The translations under genes and the position numbers were made by a program. A stretch of DNA of 64,000 bases from Octopus vulgaris (taxonomy: Eukaryota). The stretch spans positions 44,950,001 to 45,014,000 of the forward strand of contig OX597833.1 of the NCBI GenBank assembly GCA_951406725.2, given 5' to 3'. Below are positions 26,736 through 40,412 of the stretch, piece after piece (within the stretch, counting starts at the first letter, position 1; the number at the start of each line of letters is the position of its first letter). Below the pieces are notes generated by a model. The model saw nothing but the letters and a program-made list of their open reading frames with translations. It ran no database searches and was not told where the DNA came from.

Positions 26736-27169
26736 GTAAGTTTAGAAGTATTTAAGATCTCCAGATCTATGTTGTTTCAAAATTGGCTTGAATGAAAGAA
26801 AGATTAAATATGCAAAGATGACATAGTAGGAATATGATATGGTAATATATATTCAACAGGACACATCAATACAGGCATTCATCATCATTATCACCATTAT
26901 CATTTTCCATGCTAGCACTAGTCAAATGGTTTGACAGGAACTGGCAAGCCAGAGGAGTGTGCCAAGCCCTACTGTCAGCTTTGGTATGGCTTCTGCAGCT
27001 GGATGCACTTCCTAACGCCTAACCTGAAGGAGAGGGGCTCACTGAGGGGCCTGCAAAACTTGAGCTAGCATGAAAACTGAATCAAACAATACATGTAACT
27101 CTCACTAAATGTGTTGAGTGCCCTTTTCCCTCATTTGGCCACTCATATATTATGTCTCTTCTATTTTTT

Positions 27170-27905
27170 AATTAATATAAACCTTCCACTAGGAGGGAGC
27201 CAGTTTCCAACAAAGATACAAGGCTCCATCTCTGGGATGTAGTTAACACAAACAAATTCACATTTGGAACTTGAGAAAAGGCTTGCATATTTTTATTGTT
27301 CCAATCACAGATTGCACCTGTAATGTACGAATTAGCTGGTTGATTTCCCTTTCTGAAAATCCCAGTTTATCTAGATTCTCCTATAAGCATTTACTAACAA
27401 AACCTAGTGCTCCAATTATTATTGGTATGAATATGAATTCATAGTCTGGATATAGAAGCTGGGGGTTTCGAAGCAGTTGTCCATATATATACTCTTTTTC
27501 TTTGATTTTCAAAGAGATATTTATATCTGCAGGGCAGCTGACCTCTATGATGGTACATACCTTTACCCCTCTGTCCCAAACAACAATGTACAGCCTGTTA
27601 TGTTTATATTTGACAGCTATTTGATGGGAATATTCCACTAGTATTCCTTGAATTGGTGTTTATGAATATACTCCATAACAGAGGGATTTTTAAAGTTTAT
27701 TTCAGGACAGTCTTTTTTGTGGATGGCATAGTATATTGTTTGGGCAATAACATAGTGCCACATAGGGAGATAGCACTGTGACGACATTTTAGGACAGCTG
27801 CTAATAACATGTGTGATGTCTTCTACAGAAACATTTACATAGCCTACACATATGGTTGCACCTTGGGATTACAAGAACGTCACTGTTTTTCTTGTTCACC
27901 AGGTA
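27170..27905 (-). mobile_element. R4/Dong-like non-LTR retrotransposon 3' fragment
   Basis: CRLC..EDITHVISSC zinc motif, RLE-type IIEVSCPAD..KEK..Y..L and IPIIIGALG, with stops and frameshifts. Confidence 0.82.
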
Positions 27906-28419
27906 CTTTGTGGCAACATACATGCATGGGTGGAAAATAAAACACACATTTAGATCAGTCAAATATGCTTGGGACATATCTAATCTGTAGTAAAGAATTT
28001 TCACTGCAGTTTGCAGTAGCAAAATATTTTCTGAAAATTTTAACCAACACATACCCTTATTATAAGTACGTTGACAATAAAAAGCTCACACGCACATACT
28101 AATCAAAAGTTATGTCCCTTGTTTTGGAAACTTCATAAGCAACATGCCTATTTACACATTTAATTCCAAATAGATTAACACATGTCCCTTACTTGTAATG
28201 GAAGAATCACCTAAAGCTATGATGAGCTGAATGACAGCACAAACCTGATCTCAGTCAGTTAAATGTAATTTTTCTTCTATTATAAAATAAATCTCTTATG
28301 CAAAAATTTAATCACTGAGACTTTTTTCACACAGAAAACTTGAATTAAAATGTGATTTTTTTCCTCTCTCTCAAACCCACCACATGAATACACAAACTAA
28401 TATGTTTTCAGTAAAACTA

Positions 28420-28800
28420 TTACATGAAACATGGGCTGTGACTGCAGAAGACATATGAAAGCTTGAAAGAAATGAAGCTAATATGTTTTGCTGGATATGC
28501 AATGTCAGTAAGCACATATGACAGAGTGTAAGCATCTTGAGGGAAAAATTGGGCATAAGAGGCATCAGATGTGCAGGAGAGAAGATTGCACTGGTATGGT
28601 CATGTGATGCATATGGACGGGGATAGTCGTGTAAAGAAGTGCTGATTTCTAACTATGGAGGGATCCTGTGGAAGAGGTAGACCTAGAAAAACATGGGACA
28701 AGGTGGTGAAACATGATCTTCGGATACTAAGTCTCTCAGAGGTGATGACAAGTGATGGAGGCCTTTGGTAATCTGCTGTGATTGAAAAGACTCAAGAAAA
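28420..28800 (+). mobile_element. RTE LINE C-terminal fragment
   Basis: ETWAVTAED..LERNEA..WICNVS aligns to 7130-7500. Confidence 0.85.
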
Positions 28801-28929
28801 CAAATTGAACTCTTGCCTTTTTTTCAAATTTGACTCACCGAGATAAAATTTTCAATAACCCACCATCCATGATAAATTCCCAAGGGAGATGAAAGCCCTC
28901 TGTAAATAGTATTATTGATGCCGTGGTAG

Positions 28930-29670
28930 TGGAACAAGGAGATAGACAGTGGTATAAAAGCAGAGAAACAAGCCTGAAAAGAATTGGAAAACTGGTGGTA
29001 GCAGAGAATTATATCAAGTAACCTGAAGGGAAGCTAGGCAACAAATTTATACAGTGAGTGGAAAAGCAGAAACTAAATTTGCCAATGTTTTACAGTATGA
29101 GGATCAGAGGTATGAGATGTTCTGGATTTCAAAGCAGTGCATAAGAGAAATTTGGGTAATAAATGTGTGAGAATGGATAATGAAATGCTTGCACTTAGTA
29201 ATTCAGAGAAGAAAGCTGCATGGAAGTGCCACTATAAAAGGTTGCTAAATGCATGAGAGAAGGAGAATCTTTCAGATGCGGACCCAACTGAGGGACTGTC
29301 CATCAGAGTTGACAGCAGTATGATAAAGCAATTAAGGATATGCAGACAGGGACAGCCTTTGGACCATCAGCAGTCACTGCTGGGATGCTTAAACGAGTTG
29401 AGATATAGTTTGGTTTTGTGTTTGGGAAGTATACTACAGATGCCATCTTCCTCGTGAGACAGCTGCAGGAGAAATATCTAGTCAAAAGTAAACTTCTGTA
29501 CTTGGCTTTTGTCAATCTGGAGAAAGCTATTGACAGAGTTCCACGCTCTGTTGTCAAGTGGTCTGTAAGGAAGTTAGGAGTAGATGAGTGGCTTCTTAGA
29601 GCTATACAAGCCATGTATAGAGGCGCTGTCAGTAGGGTGAGAGTTGGTCACAAATACAGTGATGAATTTA
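28930..29670 (+). mobile_element. RTE LINE internal RT fragment
   Basis: TTDAIFLVRQLQEKYL..LYLAFVNLEKAIDRVPR. Confidence 0.87.
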
Positions 29671-30054
29671 TTACCTTGCACATGTAAGCAAAAGCAGGGT
29701 ATTGTAGCCACTCATCTTTGTCTGTGCTTGCAAAATTACTGGAAAATAGCTGAACAGATTTTCACCAAATTTAGCAGAATTACTCTGGGTGTATGGCTCA
29801 AAATGAGGAAAATCTGGTTGGATTATCTTCAAAACTGGCAGATGGGTCTTTTACAAAGGAATTTATGTGCATGCAGGGTATGCATCGTTTTGGCATGTTC
29901 TCAGCAAAGAATCTATTACTAGCACATAAAGACATGTATAATGTCTATTAAATACTATTTATCTCTCACCAGATGCAATTACTTTTTTTGTTAATCTTGC
30001 CATCACAGTACAATATATATATATGTGTGTGTATATAAATATATATATATATAA

Positions 30055-30119
<65 letters not shown>

Positions 30120-30422
30120 GATCATGGTGTATCTATGCATGTAGACACATGTGGATACATACATACATATATATCGTTAACCAAATATATTAAATGAGAA
30201 TACATTATACTGAATTTCTAATAAGTGCTCTTGGTAGGGAAATATCTAAAACATTAAAGGTATTTAGACATTTAATAAGAGCGATTATATATTATATTAT
30301 AAAATAAGAGCAGGAAAATTACATCAAAAAATCATCACAGAAGATCTATGTCCACAATAATATTATATTAATAGATAGATGTATAAATACAAAGAGTATG
30401 ATTATTCAAAAAGTTTAAAATA

Positions 30423-30511
30423 TCTTACAATCGTTTCATGAATGTATTACCCTTTGAAATGAAATCTAAAATTGATAATCATTATTAGGTAATACATTCA
30501 CTCACCAGAGA
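30423..30511 (-). ncRNA. Penelope-type minimal hammerhead motif (one core substitution)
   Basis: Minus: TCT-CTGGTGA-GTGAATGTATTACC..GGTAATACATTCAT-GAAAC-GATT-GTA-AGA; 14-bp stem II. Confidence 0.6.
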
Positions 30512-30978
30512 GAAAGATGGTGAATTTCTGTGTAGTCAATTGAATGCTATTTAAAAATATATGGAAAAGATGTTGTTTAAAAAGTTACTGGCATAGATGT
30601 CCATTGGTACAATCTTGTGCTAAAAATTTTGGAGAAATAATATATGTAGATTATTTCTTCAAAATTTTTAGCACACCAAAACACTTCAAACCACTGGTCC
30701 TCATGCTGCAGAACATTAGCAAACTTCTGCTTCACTCAGGGTTAAGTATATCTGCCTTGTATCTTCCCTTCTAGCTGCCTGATATGGCACCTTGCTACTG
30801 CCACCCTTGCAGACCTTCCAAGCCTGTTTCTTTGCTCTAATTGCCCTGTCAATTACACTGTTCCACTACCACATCAACCTAGGTCTTGTTGGGACTTTGC
30901 ATCAACCACAAATTTGGTCTGTGTCTCTCAGCAAATTGTCCTGTAGGAACTTCCAGTTATCAGTCGTTCCATACAAAC

Positions 30979-31012
<34 letters not shown>

Positions 31013-31015
<3 letters not shown>

Positions 31016-31220
31016 AGTGTGCTAAAAAGTTCCTGGCTGTAAGGATATCGTGAAAGACTTGGTTGGAGGCTCAGCCTTCCAATTTCTTTTATAGGCGTAG
31101 GAAAACTGAAGGACTGCTGCAATAAGTGTGTGAATCTGAAAGGGCAACATGTTGAATAATAATTAACTAATCTTCCTGTATTTTCTTTTATCCAAAACCA
31201 GGGATTTTTCAGTACCCACT
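31013..31220. mobile_element. Small mariner-derived MITE (decayed)
   Basis: Degenerate TIRs GTGCTAAAAAGTTCCTGG / CCAGGGATTTTTCAGTAC. Confidence 0.65.
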
Positions 31221-31504
31221 TATATATATAGTTTTATTCTTTATTTCATAAATTGTCCATGCAGCCTTACAAAGATGTAGTTGCGGGCTGGACAAAGACA
31301 CAAATGATAATGAAATGAAAAAATGAAAAGATGGTTGGTTGGGGAAGCAGACAATGTCCGCCAATTGCTGCTTCCCGAAAACATTGCTCTCTTTTTCTTA
31401 ACAACATAAAATGAGGTATTGAACCACTTACCAAAGTTCAAAGAATGGAAGCACAATCATCATTGCAAGTTGAGTTGCTGAGCCTCTTACCAAAAAATAC
31501 AAAT

Positions 31505-33185
31505 TCAAGCTGAGGCACTAAGGCCTCTTACCTTTCCTCCCCGACCACGTAACTTACCTCCTGCAGGCAATCCTGCAGTTCTAAGTCAGGGCTCCAGTAA
31601 GTATAACTGTATTGGTCCCTGGGAAAGGAGTCCATCACCCTAAACATATCATTTTCCATTATAACCTCCGCAGTTTCCTGCAGAGGCCAATCTGGGTCTT
31701 CAGTCCAGGACAGGACTCCCTCCCTCCAACCCTCTAGCTTCTTCACAAAGCTCTGTACAACTCCTCCCTTATTAAAGAAGATCACAAATTCATCCTTCAT
31801 CACAATAGGAGGGGCCACAGTTTCCTCCATCGGTGACATAATTCCCGCTGACAAGGTTTCAGGACATGCCGGCAGTGTACTACTAATCGCCGGCAATGTC
31901 CCATTCTTCTTCTTCATTTTTTCTCCCTTGTGCTACGAGAAGGTGTAGTTCTTCTGCTTTATCTGGTTGATCTTCCTTCCATCCTGCAGCCTTGGAGTCC
32001 TTTGGTGGGCAAAAAGGAAAAAATGGAAGGTGGGCAACAATGGTTGCCCACCTTCCATTTTTTCCCTTTTTTTGAGGAGGTCTCCACCTCCTCGACTGCC
32101 TCCATCTCTCCCTCTGAAGGAGGAGGAGGGGTGCTACTTTTACTAACTGCTCCAGGACCCTACTTTGGTCCTGGGGACAGTTCTTCTTAATATGGCCCCC
32201 TTTCAGGCACAGGTGACTTTGGGTGGTGGGGCATCCCTCAAGTATCACTGGGTACCTGCAACTGGCCATTTTCAAAAAATCTGGAAATACCAGATCTTTA
32301 GTAGTTGATTGGATCCCAAGGGTTAAAACTGCTTTTGACCCCGCCCAATCAGCCGCTGGCAGCAATTTCAGGTTTAAAAGCTTATGCCTGCTGTCACCCA
32401 GACCCCAGTAGATAGTGTCCTCTATCTATTCTGGTTCAATGCTCAGTGGCAGCCCACAGACCCAAGCTCTTGTTAATTTCTTCCCACAATATGTGGGAAG
32501 AAACAGAATCTCTTGCTCTTCTAAGGGCTAGCTTGCTAATTTGCGAGCCACCTTAGGAGTGTCAAATAGCAACCACACTGTTGCATATTTAGCACCTCTG
32601 GAAATAAACTTAATAGTTGGCAGATGCTCTGCCAATTCTTTTTCTATCTCTGTTTTAGGAAAGACAGCGATGGTGTTGAGTGACTTAGAATAAGTCCTCA
32701 ACACCACCATGCTTTCCTCTAAATTCTTTTAGCCATTGCTTGGGTTGGAGGATTTCCCATTCCAATGCAGTGTTCAATTTCTTCGCCATGCTTTGAAAAA
32801 GAAGTTCAGGAAACAGTTCAAAACAACAAAAGTCCAAACAAAGTCAAAAAACACTTTGAAGGAAGACAAAAAGAGCAGAAAGACAAAGAACAGAAAAAGA
32901 AAGAAGGAAGACAGTTCAAGACACGGAAACATACAGTCCCAGGCAAACCGGTACTCCTGGCCAAAAGGTACTCCAAAGGTACTCCCAAAAGTGAACAGGA
33001 ACACAACTTCAAAAAAATCCACCACAAACTGGTAAAAATTCAAAAACATTTTCACGTAAACTTCACAATTTTTGGAGGCGGGATATGCCCCCAAAACAGC
33101 ACTCTTCTCACATCTAAGTGAGACACTTAGCACAACTATAGGCAGACAAATGCCCTGGAATCCAGTGGGGATTTCTTGTTCGAAA
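31505..33185 (-). mobile_element. 5' part of an L1/Tx1-like non-LTR retrotransposon (5'UTR plus disrupted ORF1)
   Basis: Fragmented ORF1 with an RRM-like region and a degenerate zinc knuckle (xHLCLKGGHIKKNCP); ends at a VRGL motif resembling an APE start. Confidence 0.6.
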
Positions 33186-33194
33186 AAAAATGGA

Positions 33195-33367
33195 CAACAG
33201 ACACACACACTCTTCTTTCCGTTTCTGTCTACCAAATCCACTCACAAGGCTTTGGTCAGCTTGAGACTATAGTAGAAGACACTTACTCAAAGTATCACAT
33301 AGTGAAACTAAACCCAGAACCATGTGGTTGGTCAGCAAGCTTCTTACTACATAGCCACACCTGCACC
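33195..33367 (-). mobile_element. SINE family 1, 5' half
   Basis: Head and core match the family consensus. Confidence 0.85.
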
Positions 33368-33383
33368 TATATATATATGTGTG

Positions 33384-33785
<402 letters not shown>

Positions 33786-34074
33786 TATATATATATATAT
33801 ATATATATATTCGCCATGATAGATCGCTAGCCACTACACATGCTTTATTTTCTCTCCTTGTTTCTTACTGTGTTCCTTTCTGTGGAAGAGTATAGGCTTG
33901 AAACGTTAAAGACTTTTTCACTTCCTGAGCATTATACTAATATATCTGTTTGTTGTCTACACCACCTGTCTTCGTCTTTTGTTTTTTTGTGAATTCTCCC
34001 TATATATATATATGTTTATAGGGTGTCTTGGCATCACTCACCAAGTCCTTTGTGAGCCACTCTCTGGCTTTATA

Positions 34075-34660
34075 TAGCTATGGTACGACTTCACATGGAA
34101 TTTGCATCACCGGTCTGGAACCTCTATCTTGCCCAGGACATTAGTCGTCTGGAAGCCGTTCAGCGACATGCAACCAAGAGAATACCCTCCATCAGGCATT
34201 TGCCATATTCTGAACCCCTACTTCCCTGGGCATGGATACATTGAAGCTCCGACATCTGGCGGCTGACCTGGCAGACACCCATAAAATTATTAACCATCTT
34301 ACAAACAATAACTCTGAGCACCTTTTCAACACCCATGGACATGTTTACAAAGTCAGAAAACAGCACAGCTCCCATGACTTTTGGAAACATTTTTTCACGC
34401 TAAGAGTTGCTGCAGTATGGAACAAACTACTGGCATCAGTTGTTAATTGTCGGAGCACTGCATCCTTCAAAACTTCCATGCTTCCTGAGATTCACCAACA
34501 GTACACTTGATTTTCTCCCCTCCATACACACGCAAGGATGTATCTGACTCATACACTGTTCACTTTCCAGACATTTGTTCATTACTACATATACTTTATA
34601 TGCACTTTTGACAAGTTGTGGTGCACCTGAGCACTGTATACAATAATTTCATTATTATTA
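34075..34660 (+). mobile_element. CR1-type LINE 3' fragment
   Basis: DISRLEAVQRHATKRIP..KHFFTLRVAAVWNKL; (ATT)n tail. Confidence 0.85.
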
Positions 34661-35192
34661 TTCTATGTTTGACTTTTGCTTTATATTCCACATTTTGCTT
34701 ATTTCTATTTCAAGATCTTTATATTTGCTCAGTTTTTGGTAGGTCTTGACAGATACGTTTATATTGATTGGGACAGTCATATCAATGAGGAGGCATGTTC
34801 TTTGTCTGAAGTCTTTCAATATGATGTCTGGCCTATTTGCATCTATCTTTCTGTCAGTTTGAATGGTGAAGTTCCAGAGGAGTGAGATGTGGTCATTTTC
34901 AAGCACTGGAGGTGGTTTGTGTTCCCACCAGTTTTTTCATGGGGCAAATCCAGGTTTTTGCAAATTACCCAGTGAATGTATTGTGCAGCTCTATCATGCC
35001 GGTTGAGATACTCTGTAGGCGCTAGAAGACTGCACTTGGAGACAACATGATCAATGGTTTCATTTTGTTGTTGACATGCACGACATGTTGGGCTACTGCC
35101 ATTCTTTAATATGTTGGCCTGGTAGTTTCTTGTTGGTAGGCATTGATCTTGAGCTGCTATGATAAACCCTTCTGTGTCAGATTTTAAGCCGC
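34661..35192 (-). mobile_element. R4/Dong-like retrotransposon fragment (CCHC + restriction-like endonuclease)
   Basis: TEGFIIAAQDQCLPTRNY..CRAC..ETIDHVVSKC..RHD..NRPDIIL..LLIDMTVP..KLSKYKDL; flanked by (TAA/TTA)n. Confidence 0.9.
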
Positions 35193-35321
35193 CGCCGTCA
35201 TAATAATAATATAATGACACACACACACACACTATAGAATCCTGTAAAAATTTATATAATCTAATTTTGTACTATCTCATTGTCTGTGACTTATAATTTT
35301 TACAATTTCTGTAACTTTCAG

Positions 35322-35475
35322 CAACCATCTTGAGGTGATGAGCTTATTGCTGAACTATGGGGCTAATGTCAATATACAAAATGGAAAAGGTCATAGTCCA
35401 CTACATCTGGCCATTATTAAGAACTATATAAATCTGGTTAAGCCGTTACTTGAAGCTGCAAGAAACAGTGTTGAG
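35322..35475 (+). CDS. Ankyrin-repeat gene exon (G-NHLEVMSLLLNYGANVNIQNGKGHSPLHLAIIKNYINLVKPLLEAARNSVE)
   Basis: TTTCAG acceptor, GTGAGT donor; phase 2 to 0 completes GG+C; ankyrin consensus LLxxGANVN..GxSPLHLA. Confidence 0.93.
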
Positions 35476-37010
35476 GTGAGTCAATATATATTATCATCAT
35501 CATCCTCATATGTCTACTTTCTCTGCTGGCATGCATTGAATGGGTTGACTGACTGGAACAGCTCTGAGAAACTCATACCCCCTAACATAAAACACTTTAA
35601 TGAGCACATTGTTTCCAGGTACCATCACTGTAAAGGTTGCTGTACCCTTGACAAGGCAAGTGAACCTGCTTAACCCTGCATTCTCACTGCTTCATTTGAC
35701 AACTATACAGAACATAGGTCTGTTAAGAACCCTTGAATTTCTAAGGTCAGATCTTAACCCAGTTTCTTTGGCATATAGGTGTCTAACATCACAATACAGT
35801 TCATCCCTGTATGGGATGCTGGTCTGTTGCATGGTTAACTTAGCAACTATAGCTGGAGCTAAGTGGTGTAGAGCAGCATGAAATGAAGTGTTTTGCTCAA
35901 GAATGCAACATATGCATGGTTTGGAAATTGAAACCACAATCTTACAATTGTGTGTGTAACACACTCACCACTTGGCCATGAACCTTCTCTGTACAGAATG
36001 CACTCAATACTTTTGTGTGGCACTACCACAAGGGTGGTTATTTTGTAAGGGAGAGTTAAACAAAGGGAGAGTAATGACTTCATGTGGAATAGGGAGAGAA
36101 ATTGAAGTATGATGTGAGGAAGAGATTTGTCATTATGAGAGGATGGTAGCGGGTAGAGTAACAGAGGGGACGGTGCAAGTAGGTTGTATTGGAAAAAGCA
36201 GAGAAAAGGGAAGGGAAAAAGAGTTTAGTCTGGCATACGTACATACTTGTGCTCACCTTAAAATATGTATGTATCTAAATTTTGTACGACTCTTACTCTG
36301 TCTATTAGTCCCCCTTTTATTTTATTTTTTTTTACTTGCTCCTCCTCTTTCTCATATTTCTTGGCCCTCTCTTTCTTTAACTCCCACTATTTCCCACTCA
36401 TTTATCTCCCCTGTACCTTTCTCTTAGATTTTTTTTCTAATTCTTCAATCCCACTGCCTTCCAGTGTGATTGTTATCAGCATTGCCTTACTGGCACCTGT
36501 GACTGGTGTCCAGCCAGCCACAATCTTTCCTTTTTGGCCTGATTGCTGACCACCAACACCCCTTATGTCCATCTCCTATGTTCTTGCCTTTGGGCTTTCA
36601 CTTCATACACGCCAGCTCATACACGCCAGTATATTCAAGATTTTGTGGCGAATGTGAATGTGTTTATGGTTTATGTTTTGTGTATGTGTTTTTATTTGTA
36701 TAAACGTCTATATATATTTGCGAGGATGATTTTGACTACGCATTTATACGTATGTGTGTATATTTGTACATATGTATACATGTGTGGTTTTGTGTATCCG
36801 CATATGTATGTGCATGTGCATATAGAGATATGTACATGAACATAATGATGCGTGCATGGGCACATATAGGTGTGTATGTGTGTGCGTATGTGTATGTATA
36901 TAGGTGTACATATGCAGATTCTATGAACGAAGTTTTACTTTCACTATGCCTATTGGAGTAACTTCCCTTTATTCATCATTTTTTTTTTTCACATAGCGTT
37001 TTTGTCTTAA

Positions 37011-37059
37011 TAACTGATGATATGCCAGAGCATGCTTCAACCCCGGCATCCGAAACTCT
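37011..37059 (+). ncRNA. Hammerhead core, cut off from its cleavage strand by a SINE
   Basis: CTGATGA-T-ATGCC..GGCAT-CC-GAAAC-TCT; GGAGTA follows the SINE at 37481-86. Confidence 0.5.
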
Positions 37060-37063
37060 ATAT

Positions 37064-37265
37064 ATTCATTTACTCATTTATTCATTTACTTGTTTCAGTC
37101 ATTTGACTGTGGCCATGCTGGAGCACCGCTTTTAGTCGAGGAAATCAACCCCAGGACTTATTCTATCGGTTCTTTTGCCGAACTGCTAAGTTACGGAGAC
37201 GTAAACACACCAGCATCAGTTGTCAAGCGATGTTGGGTGGGGGAACAAACACAACACACAAACAT

Positions 37266-37314
<49 letters not shown>

Positions 37315-37479
37315 TACGACGGGCTTCTTTCAGTTTCCGCCTACCAAATCCACACACAAGGCTTTGGTCAGCCTGAGGCTATAGTAGAAGACATATGCCC
37401 AAGCTGCCACGCAGTGGGACTGAACCCGGAACCATGTGGTTGGTAAGCAAGCTACTTACCACACAGCCACTCCTACGCC
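37064..37479 (-). mobile_element. SINE family 1
   Basis: Full-length match to the family consensus. Confidence 0.92.
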
Positions 37480-37613
37480 TGGAGTATATATATATATGTG
37501 TATATCTCTAGCTATCTCTCTATCACTCTCTCTTTCCTTCTCTCTCTGTATATATATATATATATATATATATACACTCTATATATATATGTCTAATCTC
37601 TTTTTCTCCATGG

Positions 37614-37640
37614 GCATCCAGAGAAGAAGCTAAAATCCAG
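37614..37640 (+). pseudogene. Dead micro-exon A (27 nt, ASREEAKIQ)
   Basis: Flanks homologous to the exon at 43946-43969, but the acceptor is CATGG (not CATAG) and the donor GAAGGG (not GTAAGGG). Confidence 0.7.
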
Positions 37641-37734
37641 GAAGGGTACTAATCCTCCACCTGCATGATTAATTCTTATAACTGCATTGTGTTGGCTGAG
37701 AAAAAATATTTTAAACATTTGCATCATCATCTTT

Positions 37735-40000
37735 TGTTACTGGTAGGGGTTGAACGGTTTGATTGTGGACTGGTAAGCCAGGAGGCTGCAACTGGCTCTA
37801 ATTTCATTTAGCATGGTTTCTACAGCTGGATGCCCTTCCTAATGCCAACCACTCCAAGAGTTAATGGGTCCTTTTTACGTACCACCATTATGGGAATCAG
37901 TTAGGTGGCACTGGCATCGAACACGCTCAAATAGTGGTTCTTATGTGCAGCTGGCACAGGTGCCATTCAGGTGGTACTGGTATCGACCACGTTTGAATTT
38001 TCGTTTTTACTACCACCATGGGTGCCAGTCTGGCAGCACTGACATTGGCCACAACTATGATTTCACTTGGTTCAACAAGTCTTCACAACCATGGCATATT
38101 GTCTGATGAATGAAGGGTACTTTTAAATGGGTCAGTTTTGTGACATTGGAATCAGCCACGGCTTTGATCTCACTTTGCTTGCCAGGTTTTCTCAAGCACA
38201 GCATATCTCCAAAGGTCTTAGTCACTTGTCATTACCTCAGTGAGGCCCAACATTCGATGGTCATGCTTCACCAGCTCATCCCATGTCTTGCTCTGTCTAC
38301 ATCTTCCACAGGTTAGGGTGTGACATGTCACAAAGCTATCCTCATTCATATGCAGCACATGACTATACCAGTGTAGCCATCTCTCTTGCACACTACGTTT
38401 GATGCTTCTTAAGTCCAACTTTTCTCTCAGGGTGCTTGCACTTGGTTGTGTATGCACACTCACATTACACATCCAGTGGAGCATAGTAGCTTCATTTCTT
38501 TCAAGCCTATGCATGTCTGCAGTAGTCTCAGCTCATGTTTGACTGCTATGTAGCATGGCTGTTTGTGCACAGGCATTATACAATATAAATTCCACTCTGA
38601 GGAAGAGGCCCTTTGTTACCAGCAGATGTAGGAACTCACTGAACTTTGGTCAGGCTATTCTTATTCTAGCAGCTACACTCTCAGAGTATCCATCTCTGCT
38701 TCTGACTTGGTCACCTAGGTAATGGAAGCTATCAACTACTTCTAGTTTTTCTCCTGGCATATGAAGGGAGTTTTCTGTACATCTTCGGTGTTTATTGCAC
38801 CTGTACATCTGTCACACACAAAAACTATCTTCCCATTTAACCTTCCTTTGATATTGCTGCGGCTTACATGTGTCCATAGCTTATACCAGGTATATCTTAT
38901 GGCGTTTCTACCTATACCTTTTCTACAGCAGGGCCATCTACCTGAAGGGATTTGTGATTTGTTTGCCTTCCTACTTACTAAGACATTGGTTTTTGCTAGA
39001 TCCTTTTGATTCTAGACCTTGCTTCCACACTTGAAACGTCTTCATTAGTTCTCGTAGTGACTCAGAGTTTAGAGCAAGATAATCAGCATAGAGGCAGGGC
39101 AGCCTGTCTTGAATTCCTCTATTATTGCCTGGAGGACTATGATGAATAAGATGGGGTTTAGGACTGATCCTTGGTGAACCCCTACTTGTACCCAGAATTC
39201 TTTACTATACTCATTGACAACTTTCACCTTACTGACAGTATCCCTGTGCTTGAATTGTACAGCTCTTACCAATCAATCGCCTATCCCTAGTTTCCACAGT
39301 GACCACCAGATAAGAGATTGGAGGACCCTGTCAAAGGCTTTCTCCATTTCAACAAAAGCCATGTACAGAGGTTTATCTTTGGCTCAGAATTTCTCCTGCA
39401 ACTATCTTACCAGAAATATAGCATCAGTGCTGCTTCTCCCTGGCACAAACCCAAACTGCATTCATCTAAACTAACTCTCTCCTTAATTAGTTGGGCTGTG
39501 ACCCTCTCAATGAATTTCATCATCTGATAACTCTGTGATTATTTCTATCTAATGTGTCATCTTTACCTTTGTAACAGTTGACTAGGTTGCTGCTATAGCA
39601 GTCATTGGTGTGACTCCTTTGTGTATCACCTGGTTGACTATATTGATGACTAGACTGTAGCCTATGCCACCAGATATTGTAAGCATCTCAGGAGTGATTC
39701 CTGATGGGCTGAGGGGTTTCCCCATTTTCGTACCCTTAATTGCTTTATTTACCAACATACTGTGAATACGAATAGCTGTTCCTTATGTTGGGTCAACATT
39801 TCGCAGACTCTGTTTCTCCCACTCATTCTCTTCATTTCATAGTGGCATCTCCCAGTCTCTTTTTTGCAGCATCATTGAATGCAAGTGAGCCATCGTCCAT
39901 GTGGACACATTTCTCTCCAATGACATCACAATTTTCTCTCACACACTGTCTTACAATTTGAAACACAAGTTTCCAGTCCTCACAACACAGAAGATTGGAA
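37735..40000 (-). mobile_element. Decayed RTE LINE in the ankyrin gene intron
   Basis: Collinear with 5640-8200 in reverse; VGVHQGSVLNPILFIIVLQAIIEEFKTGCP. Confidence 0.92.
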
Positions 40001-40412
40001 AATTCTGTGGTGGGGGTGGGTTTGGGCGGGCGCACAGCGAACAGGTCGGTCGGAATTAAGGGACGATGGTCAGAATTATATCTATGATTATACAAGTCTG
40101 TACTTCTAAATCAAATAAGTGCTGATTGTTTGCTTATATGTGATTCCGTGATTCGGAACTATTTTTATGCTAATTTCAAGTATGTCTTTAGTTTTCACCT
40201 ATCACAGGCAGATTTTCCATAAATGGCTGCTAAAGATATGATGATTTTTCTTGTCATTCATTGCCTTCTGTGGCAGACCTTTAGGTAAAAGTATGATGAA
40301 TTTAAGAACAATAATAAAAAAGATGTGGATAATGTATGTAGGCTACGCAGTTAAGTGAGCTTACAAGAACAAGTCATAGTATTCAATTATTATTATTGTA
40401 TTGTTGTATTTT

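Noticed and set aside
33880-33910. GGAAGAG..TTGAAACGTT degenerate hammerhead in a PLE-like 3' fragment
   Set aside because: The CUGA core is missing; too decayed to call.
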